IMG/VR virus record: IMGVR_UViG_3300034656_000069
From: an uncultured virus (IMG/VR IMGVR_UViG_3300034656_000069)
Taxonomy: Duplodnaviria > Heunggongvirae > Uroviricota > Caudoviricetes
Direction: 5' to 3' (one strand)
Length of the DNA: 27,491 nt
Part shown: in pieces, positions 15,406-24,542 of the stretch
Layout of the letters: each line of letters opens with the position of its first letter
How positions within the stretch are numbered: position 1 is the stretch's first letter
The notes under the pieces: model-generated
Databases searched by the model: none
The model's input: only the letters and a program-made list of their open reading frames with translations
Told to the model about the DNA's origin: nothing
Position numbers and translations under genes: made by a program

Positions 15406-16082
15406 AAGAACGCCCGATTTTATTCAACGCCGATATGGTCAACGCCATTTTGGATGGTCGTAAAACGCAGACGCGGCGCATCGTTAAGCCGACCAAAGAC
15501 CGCAACGGCTCAGGCTGCCAGCTTGCACCTTGCGAAATTGCTGGTGAAGTCAATGGCGGCGATTACGCATTATGCCCCTACGGCCAGCCCGGTGACCGGC
15601 TCTGGGTGCGTGAAAACTTCCTGTACTTGATGCACGGCGATGTAACTGCGGGCGACATTAAATACTGCGCAAGCATTGATAGTCGTTCAGCCGCCGGATC
15701 GAAAAATCCTGGTTACTGGTGGCGCAAGCGACCATCAATCCACATGCCCCGCTGGGCATCCCGCATCACGCTAGAGATCGTCAGCGTTCGCGTGGAACGG
15801 CTGCTAAGTATCAGTGATGAAGATGCCATCGCCGAAGGCTGCTACACCGATGATGAATATAGCGACATGGCTGGTGGTGCCGATGTATGGCCCTGCCAAA
15901 TCTGCGACGGCTATCAGGTGCATGAGTACGGTAGTTTAGCGGGCGCATCTGAGGTTGATTGCCATAGCTGCAACTCACCAAAGAAGCGATTCAGTCAGCT
16001 ATGGCAGTCGATCAATGGCTTTGATAGCTGGGACGCCAATCCCTGGGTATGGGTCGTTGAGTTTCGGAGGGTTGAGCAGTGA
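15402..16082 (+). CDS. ASCH/PUA-like phage protein
   Basis: KERPILFNADMVNAILDGRKTQTRR...GDRLWVRE...PSIHMPRWASRI...WDANPWVWVVEF; GTG start with GTGA overlap. Confidence 0.8.
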   Translation: MKERPILFNADMVNAILDGRKTQTRRIVKPTKDRNGSGCQLAPCEIAGEVNGGDYALCPYGQPGDRLWVRENFLYLMHGDVTAGDIKYCASIDSRSAAGSKNPGYWWRKRPSIHMPRWASRITLEIVSVRVERLLSISDEDAIAEGCYTDDEYSDMAGGADVWPCQICDGYQVHEYGSLAGASEVDCHSCNSPKKRFSQLWQSINGFDSWDANPWVWVVEFRRVEQ

Positions 16083-16327
16083 GCAATTGGAAAGTAACCG
16101 GCGCTGGCGGCTGGAGCGAGGAAACCGGTGAGGCCGTATATCAGGTCACTAAGGGTAGTAAGCAGCTCTGCCGCCATGACCACGATGAGCTAGAGGCGCT
16201 GCTGGCGAATGCCAGCGAAGTGCGCGAGGCGCTTAGCAACATCGTTGGCTTAGCCAAGCTAGGCGCTGCACCGCTGCATCAGTACGAAGCGGCGATAAAG
16301 CACGCTGAGCAAGTGCTGAGCAAATAA
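16079..16327 (+). CDS. Hypothetical protein
   Basis: 82 aa; SD GGAGG; GTGA overlap. Confidence 0.6.
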   Translation: MSNWKVTGAGGWSEETGEAVYQVTKGSKQLCRHDHDELEALLANASEVREALSNIVGLAKLGAAPLHQYEAAIKHAEQVLSK

Positions 16328-16403
16328 AAGCCCGCTCCTACGCACATAGGAACGGGCCGTTCATCGATCCATCGCAAAACGAATCAATGAGGAGGGTAAC
16401 ACC

Positions 16404-16850
16404 ATGTTGCTTAAAAGCGAATGCTCAGAACATCAGTTTAAGTGTAGAGGCGCTGGATACGGCTACCTGCAACACCGAGGTAAGCAGGTTTTGGCTCATC
16501 GTCTCGCTTACTGCCAGGCCAACGGCCTAGACATTTCGGATATAGATGCGCAGGTAGTTCGTCACAAATGCGACAACCCAAAGTGCGTCAATCCAGAGCA
16601 CCTGGAGCTAGGAACGCAGGCTGACAATATAGCCGATATGCACTCAAGAGGTCGCGGGCTTAAAGGAGAGATGATTGGTAATTCAAAGCTGACAGATGAA
16701 CAAGCGGAAGAGATAAGGCGTCTCTACAAGCCTCGCTCAAAAGACCGCAATCAATACCAGCTAGCCAAGAGGTTCGGCATAACCCAGTCACAAGTCAGCA
16801 TGATAATTACCGGCAAGCGACGCAAACATCAATCAGGAGATGCAGCATGA
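16404..16850 (+). CDS. HNH homing endonuclease with C-terminal HTH
   Basis: LAHRLAY...RHKCDNPKCVNPEHLELGTQADN; SKLTDEQ...LAKRFGITQSQVSMI. Confidence 0.9.
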   Translation: MLLKSECSEHQFKCRGAGYGYLQHRGKQVLAHRLAYCQANGLDISDIDAQVVRHKCDNPKCVNPEHLELGTQADNIADMHSRGRGLKGEMIGNSKLTDEQAEEIRRLYKPRSKDRNQYQLAKRFGITQSQVSMIITGKRRKHQSGDAA

Positions 16851-17614
16851 GTCAATCAGCCCAAGTACATCAGCACCCAAGCCAACAGGTGCAGGCCACG
16901 AACCCATTTCAGGCAATGGCCAGCCGTATTAGCGTCGACCCTGACACTGTCCAGCAGATCATGACCAACACGCTGATGAAGGCGAAAGGCGGCAACCAAC
17001 AGGTCAGCCATGAAGAGCTGATGGTCTTTATGTCCATTGCCAACGAGTACCGTCTTAACCCGCTAACAAAAGAGATTTACGCGTTCAACAATCGCGGTGC
17101 CATTCAGCCCATTGTCAGCATAGATGGCTGGCTAAAAGTCATTAATACCCACCCGCAGTTCGATGGCATGGAGTTTGATGACAAGCTGAACGATAACGGC
17201 GGACTAATGGCGATCACTTGCCGCATTTACCGCAAAGATCGGGGACGCGCCACCGAGGTCACTGAGTATCTGAGCGAATGCCAGGGTAACTCTGAGCCAT
17301 GGAAGAAATGGCCAGTCCGCATGCTGCGCCACAAGGCCACAATTCAGTGCGCCCGCTACGCTTTCGGCCTCTCTGGGATTATCGACGAGGACGAGGCCGA
17401 CCGCTACCGCAGCGCCAACGTTGAGCGGGACGTTACGCCGCAGCGTGAGGCGTTGGAGTATTACAGCGACGTCGACTTTAAGAAGAACTTTCCCACTTGG
17501 CAGTCCGCCATTGAGTCAGGTAAGCGCACGCCCGATCAGATTATCGCCATGGTCAGCAGCAAGGCGATTCTCACCGACGAACAGAAGCAAGCTATTAACG
17601 AGGTGCAGGCATGA
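16847..17614 (+). CDS. bet: Single-strand annealing recombinase (Bet/RecT family)
   Basis: EYRLNPLTKEIYAF, IVSIDGW, PWKKWPVRMLRHKATIQCARYAFG; upstream of exonuclease. Confidence 0.92.
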   Translation: MSQSAQVHQHPSQQVQATNPFQAMASRISVDPDTVQQIMTNTLMKAKGGNQQVSHEELMVFMSIANEYRLNPLTKEIYAFNNRGAIQPIVSIDGWLKVINTHPQFDGMEFDDKLNDNGGLMAITCRIYRKDRGRATEVTEYLSECQGNSEPWKKWPVRMLRHKATIQCARYAFGLSGIIDEDEADRYRSANVERDVTPQREALEYYSDVDFKKNFPTWQSAIESGKRTPDQIIAMVSSKAILTDEQKQAINEVQA

Positions 17615-19266
17615 ACATCCATGACGTAGTTCAAGGCTCAACCGAATGGGGCGCGCTACGCGCCTCTTGTTTTACGGCTAGCGAAGCACCGGCAATGGCC
17701 GGAGTCAGCAAGTACCAGTCGCGCTCTGAGCTGCTCAAGCTCAAATACACTGGCGAAGTGCCGGAGGTAACGCCAGCGCAGCAGCGGATCTTCGATAAGG
17801 GCCATGCCGCCGAAGCCAAGGCGCGCCCGATTGCCGAGCGAATCATTGGCGAGGAGCTGTACCCCTGCACCGCCACCCACGACGACCATGATTGGATGCT
17901 GGCCAGCTTCGACGGCTGCACCATGATGGAAACCGTGATCTGGGAACACAAGCTCATCAACGACGAGCTGCGCACCGCCACGGCTGAAACGCTGGCCGAG
18001 CATTACAAGGTGCAAATGGATCAGCAGTTAGCGGTCAGCGGTGCCGAGAAGTGCCTGTTTATGGCGAGTAGCGGTACCGAGGAGGATTGCAACTGGTTCT
18101 GGTACACCACCACGCCGGAGCGCATCGCGGCGCTGTTTGCAGGCTGGGCGCAATTTAAGGCCGATATGGAAGCCTACCAGCCCCAGGCGCAAACAGTCGC
18201 ACCGCAAGGCGAAGCGCCGGACAAGCTGCCCGCGCTTAGCATTCAAATGACCGGCGGCGTGCAAGCCAGCAACCTACCCGACTTCAAAGCGCAAGCGCTG
18301 GCGATGATCGACGGCATCAAGACGGAGCTAGTCACCGACAAGGACTTTGCCGACGCAGAAAGCACGGTCAAGTTCCTGCAGAAAGGCGAAAAGCAGCTTG
18401 AAGAAAGCAAACAGCGCGCCCTTGAGCAAACCGCCAGCATTGCCGAGCTGTTCGACACGATAGACGAACTGCGCGAAACCATGCGGCAAAAGCGGCTCTA
18501 TCTGAACAAGCTGGTGAAGGCAGAGAAAGAAAACCGGCGCATCGAGATTCAGCTCAATGCGGCTGCAGCGTTTGATGCCTTTCTTGCCAAGCTGGATTGC
18601 CCGTTAGAGCCATCGCACAGCCTGGATATTGCAGGCGCGATGAAAGGCAAAAAGACCATCGCCACATTGCAAGCCGCCGCCGATGACGAAATAGCCCGCG
18701 CCAAAGTCGAATGCCAGCAGCTAGCAAACAAGATCAATGGCAACAAGGCGCTGCTAGATGCCGAGCAAGGCGAGTATGCCTTCCTGTTTAGCGATTGGCG
18801 CGATCTGATCCAGAAAAAGCGCGATGACTTGCAAGCCGTTATCGCCTCACGCATTGCGCAGCACAAAGAGGTCGAGCAGAAGAAGCAGGACGCCGAGCGC
18901 GAACGCATCCGCCAGGAGGAAGCGGCCAAGGCGCAGCGGGAAGCCGCCGAGGCAGAAGCCAAACGCCAAGCCGAGGAAGCCGAGAAGCGCAAGCCAGAGC
19001 CTCAGCCAGAGCCGGAACCGGAACCGGAACCGGAACCGGTGCCCGCCGCTGCCCAAGGCAAGCCGCTGGACGTCAGCCGCCTGAGTGCTGCCGCCGATAG
19101 CTTCCAGCGCGGCAGCCAGGTCAAAGCGCCAGAGCTAGTTACTATCACGCGCAAGGAGTACGACCGATTGCTCGCCGCCCAGGCCATGCTCGACGCCCTG
19201 GAAGCCGCAGGCGTGGATAACTGGTCAGGGTATCCCGAAGCCATAGCCCAACTGAACGCAGCCTAG
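17611..19266 (+). CDS. YqaJ/lambda-Exo family exonuclease with long coiled-coil C-terminal extension
   Basis: QGSTEW...R...FTASEA, GH..E, LASFDG, WEHK, Y..QM.QQL; helical extension and EP-repeat linker. Confidence 0.9.
   Translation: MNIHDVVQGSTEWGALRASCFTASEAPAMAGVSKYQSRSELLKLKYTGEVPEVTPAQQRIFDKGHAAEAKARPIAERIIGEELYPCTATHDDHDWMLASFDGCTMMETVIWEHKLINDELRTATAETLAEHYKVQMDQQLAVSGAEKCLFMASSGTEEDCNWFWYTTTPERIAALFAGWAQFKADMEAYQPQAQTVAPQGEAPDKLPALSIQMTGGVQASNLPDFKAQALAMIDGIKTELVTDKDFADAESTVKFLQKGEKQLEESKQRALEQTASIAELFDTIDELRETMRQKRLYLNKLVKAEKENRRIEIQLNAAAAFDAFLAKLDCPLEPSHSLDIAGAMKGKKTIATLQAAADDEIARAKVECQQLANKINGNKALLDAEQGEYAFLFSDWRDLIQKKRDDLQAVIASRIAQHKEVEQKKQDAERERIRQEEAAKAQREAAEAEAKRQAEEAEKRKPEPQPEPEPEPEPEPVPAAAQGKPLDVSRLSAAADSFQRGSQVKAPELVTITRKEYDRLLAAQAMLDALEAAGVDNWSGYPEAIAQLNAA
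19012..19039 (+). repeat. In-frame hexamer tandem repeat (CCGGAA)4 encoding a Pro-Glu linker
   Basis: ccggaaccggaaccggaaccggaaccgg within the exonuclease gene. Confidence 0.85.
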
Positions 19267-19287
19267 CCCCTCACGCAGGGGCTTTTT
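19265..19287 (+). terminator. Intrinsic terminator
   Basis: GCCCCT-N5-AGGGGC followed by TTTTT. Confidence 0.65.
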
Positions 19288-19303
19288 AATGCCAGGAGGG
19301 TTT

Positions 19304-19690
19304 ATGGCCGGAGGTCGCGAGTGGATGACAACAGAGGTGGCAACGCTGCGCTGGGGTTATGAGCGCGGCCTGCCAGCCAGAGAGATTGGCGCCATGATCA
19401 ATCGATCAGAAAGAGCGGTATTCGTCAAAGCCAGGAAGCTAGGCATTAAGCACAAGCATGGAAGCGTTTCAGAGGCTGTGCGGCTGTTTGAGGCTGAACG
19501 TGGCAAGCCTTTGATCGAGATAGCGCTGAGTTATTACGACCGCCGTTTATCGCGTTCGGAGCTAGCGGCGGATATTGGCATTGCTGATATTAGCCGCGAT
19601 CTAAAACGCCTATTGCCGCCCGAGCTATGGCAATCATGGCCCCGCAACACAGTCGGCAGGCAGCTAGCCAGCGAGCAGCGCAGAGCCTAA
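19304..19690 (+). CDS. HTH DNA-binding protein
   Basis: WMTTEVATL...AREIGAMINRSERAVFVKARKLGI; SD AGGAGG. Confidence 0.7.
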   Translation: MAGGREWMTTEVATLRWGYERGLPAREIGAMINRSERAVFVKARKLGIKHKHGSVSEAVRLFEAERGKPLIEIALSYYDRRLSRSELAADIGIADISRDLKRLLPPELWQSWPRNTVGRQLASEQRRA

Positions 19691-19691
19691 C

Positions 19692-19709
19692 GCCCCGCAT
19701 GGGGCTTTT
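19692..19709 (+). terminator. Intrinsic terminator-like hairpin
   Basis: GCCCC-GCAT-GGGGC-TTTT. Confidence 0.5.
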
Positions 19710-19726
19710 CTATATGGGAGGTGGCT

Positions 19727-21115
19727 ATGAATGTCGAATACCTAGAGTTCGTTAAGGGTAAAACGAAGCTGGATCAGCCCAGCGGCTTCACGATTGATCA
19801 TGACGCTATAGGATTCGGCGGCATGCAGTTGATGGAATTTCAGCGTCACATCGTGAAGTGGGCGCTAAGCCGTGGGCGCGCCGCCGTGTTCGCCAACACA
19901 GGGCTTGGCAAGACGGCCATGCAGTCCACGTGGGCCGGTCACGTTGCCGAGCATACCGGCAAGCCGGTATTGATTGCCGCACCGCTATGCGTGGCTCGCC
20001 AAACGGTTAGCGAGGCTGCCAAGTTTGGTGTGCACGCTGAATACGTCCGAGACATGCCCGGCAGCCCTGAGGGCATATACGTCACCAACTACGAAATGCT
20101 GGACAACTTCGAGCCTGACGCTTTCGCAGGCATCGTGCTGGATGAATCCAGCATCCTGAAAAACCGCGACGGCAAGACGCGAACCCGCATCATCACCGAG
20201 TGGAAGCGATGTCCCTACCGGCTGTCGTGCACCGCAACACCCAGCCCGAACGATTACATGGAGCTGGGTAACCAGTCTGAGTTCCTCGGCATCATGGGCA
20301 TGGATGAAATGCTGGCCATGTTCTTCACGCACGATGGCGGCGATACCGCCAAGTGGCGCTTAAAGGGTCATGGCCGAAAGAAGTTTTGGCAGTGGTTGGC
20401 GTCTTGGGCGGTCACTATCCGCATGCCTTCAGACCTAGGTTTTTCCGACGAAGGCTACATTCTTCCCACGCTTCACACCCACGAGCATCTGGTATCCAGT
20501 CAATACGGCAACGACATGTTCACCAGCATTGCTCAGAGCCTCACTGAGCGACGTCAGGCGAAGAAAGAAACGCTAGAGCAGCGCGTTTCCAAGGTGGCTG
20601 AAATAGTCGCTCATGAGCCTTCCGAGCCTTGGTTGATCTGGTGCCACACCAACGACGAATCCGATCTGCTGCGCAAATCAATACATGGCGCAGTGGAAAT
20701 ACGAGGCAGCGACAGCATCGAGCGCAAAGAGCAGGCCATCAACGGCTTTTTGGATGGCAGCGTTCGCGTACTTGTCACCAAGCCATCTATCGCGGGAATG
20801 GGCTTAAACCTTCAGCACTGCGCTCGCATGGCGTTTGTCGGACTGGATGACTCCTTCGAGCAAATGTATCAAGCCGTGCGCCGCTGCTGGCGTTTCGGCC
20901 AGACCCGAGAAGTGCATAGCCACATCGTCAGCGCTGAGAGTTTGGGCGCTATCAAAGCGAATGTAGAGCGCAAAGAGCGGCAAATGGAAGAAATGCAGGC
21001 GTCCATGGTCGAGCACATGGCCGGAATGATGCAGAAGCCTGTTTCCTCTGCTGCTATCGAGAAGACCGAATACGAACCACAGCAAGAAATGGTGCTGCCC
21101 GCATGGGTGGCATAG
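19727..21115 (+). CDS. SF2 (SNF2/DEAD-like) helicase
   Basis: TGLGKT, LDESS, CTATPSPND, GMGLNLQ, QAVRRCWRFGQ. Confidence 0.9.
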   Translation: MNVEYLEFVKGKTKLDQPSGFTIDHDAIGFGGMQLMEFQRHIVKWALSRGRAAVFANTGLGKTAMQSTWAGHVAEHTGKPVLIAAPLCVARQTVSEAAKFGVHAEYVRDMPGSPEGIYVTNYEMLDNFEPDAFAGIVLDESSILKNRDGKTRTRIITEWKRCPYRLSCTATPSPNDYMELGNQSEFLGIMGMDEMLAMFFTHDGGDTAKWRLKGHGRKKFWQWLASWAVTIRMPSDLGFSDEGYILPTLHTHEHLVSSQYGNDMFTSIAQSLTERRQAKKETLEQRVSKVAEIVAHEPSEPWLIWCHTNDESDLLRKSIHGAVEIRGSDSIERKEQAINGFLDGSVRVLVTKPSIAGMGLNLQHCARMAFVGLDDSFEQMYQAVRRCWRFGQTREVHSHIVSAESLGAIKANVERKERQMEEMQASMVEHMAGMMQKPVSSAAIEKTEYEPQQEMVLPAWVA

Positions 21116-21125
21116 CGAGGTGATC

Positions 21126-22004
21126 ATGAAAGTATTAAATCAGGAGTTTGGGCCCGATTGGGCTATGTACAACGGGGATTGCGTCAGCGTGATCGGCGGC
21201 ATGCCTGATGCAAGTATCGACTATACGATTTTTAGCCCGCCGTTCGCCTCGCTGTACACCTACAGCAACAGCGACTTTGATATGGGGAACGTCCAGAGCG
21301 ACGAGGAATTCAGCGAGCAGTTCTGCTTCCTGGTGCGTGAATTGATGCGGGTCACCAAGCCCGGACGCCTGCTTTCCTTCCATTGTATGAACCTGCCAGC
21401 CAGCAAGGTGCGCGATGGCTACATCGGACTGAAAGATTTTCGCGGGGAGTTGATTAAGGCGTTTATCGACGAAGGATGGATATTTCATAGCGAGGTATGC
21501 ATCTGGAAAGACCCGGTGACTGCTATGCAGCGCACCAAGGCGCTTGGCCTGCTCCACAAGCAAATCAAAAAAGACAGTGCCATGAGCCGTCAGGGCATTC
21601 CCGACTATCTGGTGACAATGCGCAAGCCGGGCGAGAACCCGGAGCCAGTCAGCCACACCAATGAGAGCTTTCCGGTCGAGCGCTGGCAGCGGTACGCATC
21701 GCCGGTCTGGATGGATATCAACCCAAGTCGAACGCTGCAATACCGAGAAGGGCGCGACCCTGACGATGAGCGCCATATCTGCCCTTTGCAGCTTGATGTT
21801 ATTGAACGCGCTATCGACCTATGGACTAACCCAGGCGACACCGTGCTTAGCCCATTCGGCGGCATCGGCAGCGAGCCAGTAAGCGCCATAAAGATGGGCC
21901 GCAAAGCTGTAGCGGTGGAGTTGAAAGAGAGTTACTGGAATCTCGCAGTACGCAATCTCCAAGATGCCCAGGCTGCGCCCATGGACATGTTTGCAGGAGC
22001 ATGA
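21126..22004 (+). CDS. DNA methyltransferase (N4-C/N6-A, beta-class order)
   Basis: FSPPF catalytic motif precedes HICPLQ and SAM-binding VLSPFGGIGS. Confidence 0.9.
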   Translation: MKVLNQEFGPDWAMYNGDCVSVIGGMPDASIDYTIFSPPFASLYTYSNSDFDMGNVQSDEEFSEQFCFLVRELMRVTKPGRLLSFHCMNLPASKVRDGYIGLKDFRGELIKAFIDEGWIFHSEVCIWKDPVTAMQRTKALGLLHKQIKKDSAMSRQGIPDYLVTMRKPGENPEPVSHTNESFPVERWQRYASPVWMDINPSRTLQYREGRDPDDERHICPLQLDVIERAIDLWTNPGDTVLSPFGGIGSEPVSAIKMGRKAVAVELKESYWNLAVRNLQDAQAAPMDMFAGA

Positions 22005-22204
22005 TTGTGCATGTATCCAGAAACCATACCGGCCACCGCGTCGGTGAATGCCATCATCGAGCCAAGCTTACCGATAGCCAAGTTCGCAGTATGCGTGCTG
22101 ATCGCGAAATGGGCATGAGCCTTCGAGCTCTGGCCAAAGCTTACGGATGCGGGTTGTCAACGGCCCGCGACATTTGCGATTACGCCACGCGGTATACGGC
22201 ATGA
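22001..22204 (+). CDS. Stand-alone HTH protein resembling HNH C-terminal domain
   Basis: GECHHRAKLTDSQVRSMR...SLRALAKAYGCGLSTARDI. Confidence 0.7.
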   Translation: MIVHVSRNHTGHRVGECHHRAKLTDSQVRSMRADREMGMSLRALAKAYGCGLSTARDICDYATRYTA

Positions 22205-22395
22205 AACCCACCACCAAACACTGCCCGCGCTGCGGCTGCACGCGCCTACGCCTCTACCGATCAATCAACGAAAAGCAGTGCGACCGCTGCCTGCACCGGT
22301 TCGACTGGCATTTAGAGCCCGGCCAGCAGCCGCTCATTGGCCCGAGCCGTGACCGTTACATCATTACTGGAGATACCCATGGGAGCCGTCAATAA
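22201..22395 (+). CDS. Zinc-ribbon protein
   Basis: CPRC...CDRC; ATGA overlap. Confidence 0.65.
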   Translation: MKPTTKHCPRCGCTRLRLYRSINEKQCDRCLHRFDWHLEPGQQPLIGPSRDRYIITGDTHGSRQ

Positions 22396-22900
22396 AACGA
22401 TTCTCGACCCCTGTTGTGGCGGCCGCATGATGTGGCACGACCGCGCTAATCCCGCCGTGGTGTTTGGCGACTGTCGATCAGAGACGATCACCGTAACCGA
22501 CCGCAGCCACGGCAATGCCGACGGCACGCGAACGCTGGTGATTGAGCCTGACGTGCTGCTCGACTTCCGCGACCTGCCTTATCCGGATGGCAGCTTCAAA
22601 CTTGTTGCCTTTGATCCGCCGCATCTATGCCGAGCCGGTCCGCGTAGCTGGTTAGCTGCCAAGTACGGAAAGCTGAGCGACAGCTGGCAAGACGATATTC
22701 GCCGCGGCTTTGAAGAGTGTCTGCGCGTGCTGGAACCCGGCGGCACCCTGGTTTTCAAGTGGAACGAAACGCAGGTGAAAATCGGAGAAGTCATCAAGCT
22801 GGCACCGCAGCCACCACTCTTTGGCCACTTGTCCGGCCGAAAAGGTCTGACTCACTGGCTCGTATTTATGAAGCAAGAAACTACTGGAGAGAAGCCATGA
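22379..22900 (+). CDS. SAM-dependent (probably adenine DNA) methyltransferase
   Basis: ILDPCCGGRM, FDPPHL, RVLEPGGTLVFKWNE. Confidence 0.85.
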   Translation: MGAVNKTILDPCCGGRMMWHDRANPAVVFGDCRSETITVTDRSHGNADGTRTLVIEPDVLLDFRDLPYPDGSFKLVAFDPPHLCRAGPRSWLAAKYGKLSDSWQDDIRRGFEECLRVLEPGGTLVFKWNETQVKIGEVIKLAPQPPLFGHLSGRKGLTHWLVFMKQETTGEKP

Positions 22901-23073
22901 TGATTGCCACCCACTGGGGCACCGGACAAAGCGACGGCACAACGATTGACCAGCTCCTGACGATGAACGAAGTGCTGCAGGATGAAAAGCAAGAGGTGCT
23001 TGCCGAGAATGCCCTGCTTCGCGCAGAGCTTGCCGAGCAGGCGAAACAGTTGGCAACGATGAGGGCGGCTTAA
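22897..23073 (+). CDS. Small coiled-coil protein
   Basis: MMIATHWG...LAENALLRAELAEQ; SD GGAG; ATGA overlap. Confidence 0.55.
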   Translation: MMIATHWGTGQSDGTTIDQLLTMNEVLQDEKQEVLAENALLRAELAEQAKQLATMRAA

Positions 23074-23074
23074 A

Positions 23075-23812
23075 ATGACACCAATGGAGCGAATAGAGGG
23101 CGAGTTGAGCGACGCACAGAAGCGCATTGCCGAGCTGGAGCGCTGCAATGTAGGGCTTGTTAAGGAATGCCAGGCACAGCAAGAGCAGATTGCTGAGCTT
23201 AAAAACGCGCTGACACGGCAGGCTAGAGCAGCCAAAACGGGCATGGACGCAGCCAAGAAGCACGGCTCGCACATGGAGTCCGAGGCAAAGCGACTGCACG
23301 CAGAGTGTAACCCCGAAGCCTTGGAAAGCGAGCGCGAAGCAAACGCCAAGCTGACGGAGCTGGTGGCCGAGCTTGAGCGCGAACGCGACGCCTACCGGAC
23401 GGCCGAGGAGCACCAGATAGCGCTGCGGCAGAAGTTGGAAGAGCGGGAGGCGGCGCTAGCAGCGCATGTTGAGCGGCTACAAGAAGCTGGCGATAAACTG
23501 CGAGAGCCATGGGATTTAAGCACAGTTCTTGGCGCAGAAACTCGCCGCCGCATCGAGGGATGGGATAAAGCGAGAGCCGAATCGCCTGTCACCTCTCTCG
23601 CCCGCCGTGACTCGCATCCTGATTGTGAGCTGGAATGCGGCGCTTATGGCACCTATTGCAAGTGTGCAGCCGAGAAAAGCCAGCAAGCAGCGTGGGATAA
23701 GGAGGAAGAGGACCTTAAGAAAGTCCGCGATGGCAAAATGTCCACCAACACATTTAGACGCATCCATTTTCCAGAGCTGGCCGCGAGTAGCAAAACTGAG
23801 GACCATCAATGA
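23075..23812 (+). CDS. Coiled-coil phage protein with Cys-rich insert
   Basis: Heptad-rich 245 aa; ALESEREANAKLT; CELECGAYGTYCKC. Confidence 0.7.
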   Translation: MTPMERIEGELSDAQKRIAELERCNVGLVKECQAQQEQIAELKNALTRQARAAKTGMDAAKKHGSHMESEAKRLHAECNPEALESEREANAKLTELVAELERERDAYRTAEEHQIALRQKLEEREAALAAHVERLQEAGDKLREPWDLSTVLGAETRRRIEGWDKARAESPVTSLARRDSHPDCELECGAYGTYCKCAAEKSQQAAWDKEEEDLKKVRDGKMSTNTFRRIHFPELAASSKTEDHQ

Positions 23813-24000
23813 CCCACCAGCCAAAAGGCAGCATGTGCATGGCCTGCCGCCGCACTTTCGATGACTGTAGCAAACTACCTTTTAACCAAATGCCCGCCAT
23901 GAGCAAGAGCAAGGGCCGCGTCATCGTGCGCTGCACGGAGTTTGAACATGCTCGATCAGCTACCCAATGCCCGCCGCATCTCCGCGCTGGCAGTGCGTAG
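23809..24000 (+). CDS. Small Cys-rich phage protein
   Basis: HQPKGSMCMAC...DCSKLPF...IVRCTEF; SD GAGGA. Confidence 0.65.
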   Translation: MTHQPKGSMCMACRRTFDDCSKLPFNQMPAMSKSKGRVIVRCTEFEHARSATQCPPHLRAGSA

Positions 24001-24154
24001 GCGCATACCGGATACGCTGCGTGGCGATTATCGACACGACTATTTAGAGACTATGGCCGCCGGTGAGCGGTTTTTTCATGCCTGGAGGTTTTATGCAGCC
24101 AGAACCACAACTCAACCGCTCCCAGCGCCGGGCCCGAGAAAAGCGCGCTGCTGA
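23948..24154 (+). CDS. Possible hypothetical protein
   Basis: MLDQLPNARR...; SD GGAG, but overlaps both neighbours and reads through a terminator. Confidence 0.35.
   Translation: MLDQLPNARRISALAVRRRIPDTLRGDYRHDYLETMAAGERFFHAWRFYAARTTTQPLPAPGPRKARC
24055..24076 (+). terminator. Intrinsic terminator
   Basis: CCGC-N6-GCGG followed by T6. Confidence 0.55.
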
Positions 24155-24542
24155 TCGGCGCTATGCGGGAATGTCACGCAAGCAGCGCGATGCGTACGAG
24201 GCCAGAGCAAAGCTATGGGCTAAGGGTGCCATGGCCACTGGTCGGCACATTGACGGCAAATTCGAGGGCGAGTGGGCGTTTCCAGTCCATGTGCCCGCCG
24301 ATAAACGGGCGTCAGTCGCGCAGTTTGCCGCTCATGCGCCAATGCGATGGCGAGTCACTGCGTGCCTGGTGCTGCGCTATGACGACGGAACCGAAACGCG
24401 CGAAAGCGAAGCGGTGTGCGGCCAGCGGCAGAAAGTGGCCGAACTGTACGAGCTGCGAGAGCAGTTGATGCGCGAGCTGAAAGCGACTGTGAATGCCCGG
24501 TATATCTGGGATGAATACTATGTCATGGAGTGTTTGGGATGA
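24093..24542 (+). CDS. Hypothetical protein
   Basis: MQPEPQLNRSQRR...; SD GGAGG. Confidence 0.65.
   Translation: MQPEPQLNRSQRRAREKRAADRRYAGMSRKQRDAYEARAKLWAKGAMATGRHIDGKFEGEWAFPVHVPADKRASVAQFAAHAPMRWRVTACLVLRYDDGTETRESEAVCGQRQKVAELYELREQLMRELKATVNARYIWDEYYVMECLG

Noticed and set aside
19012..19039. Hexamer repeat as a phase-variation switch
   Set aside because: Unit length is a multiple of three, so copy changes only alter linker length.
22652..23413. 253-aa minus-strand ORF and similar long antisense ORFs (21135-21776, 12790-13272, 24972-25442)
   Set aside because: Shadows of well-supported plus-strand genes or structured RNA; no motifs or RBS.
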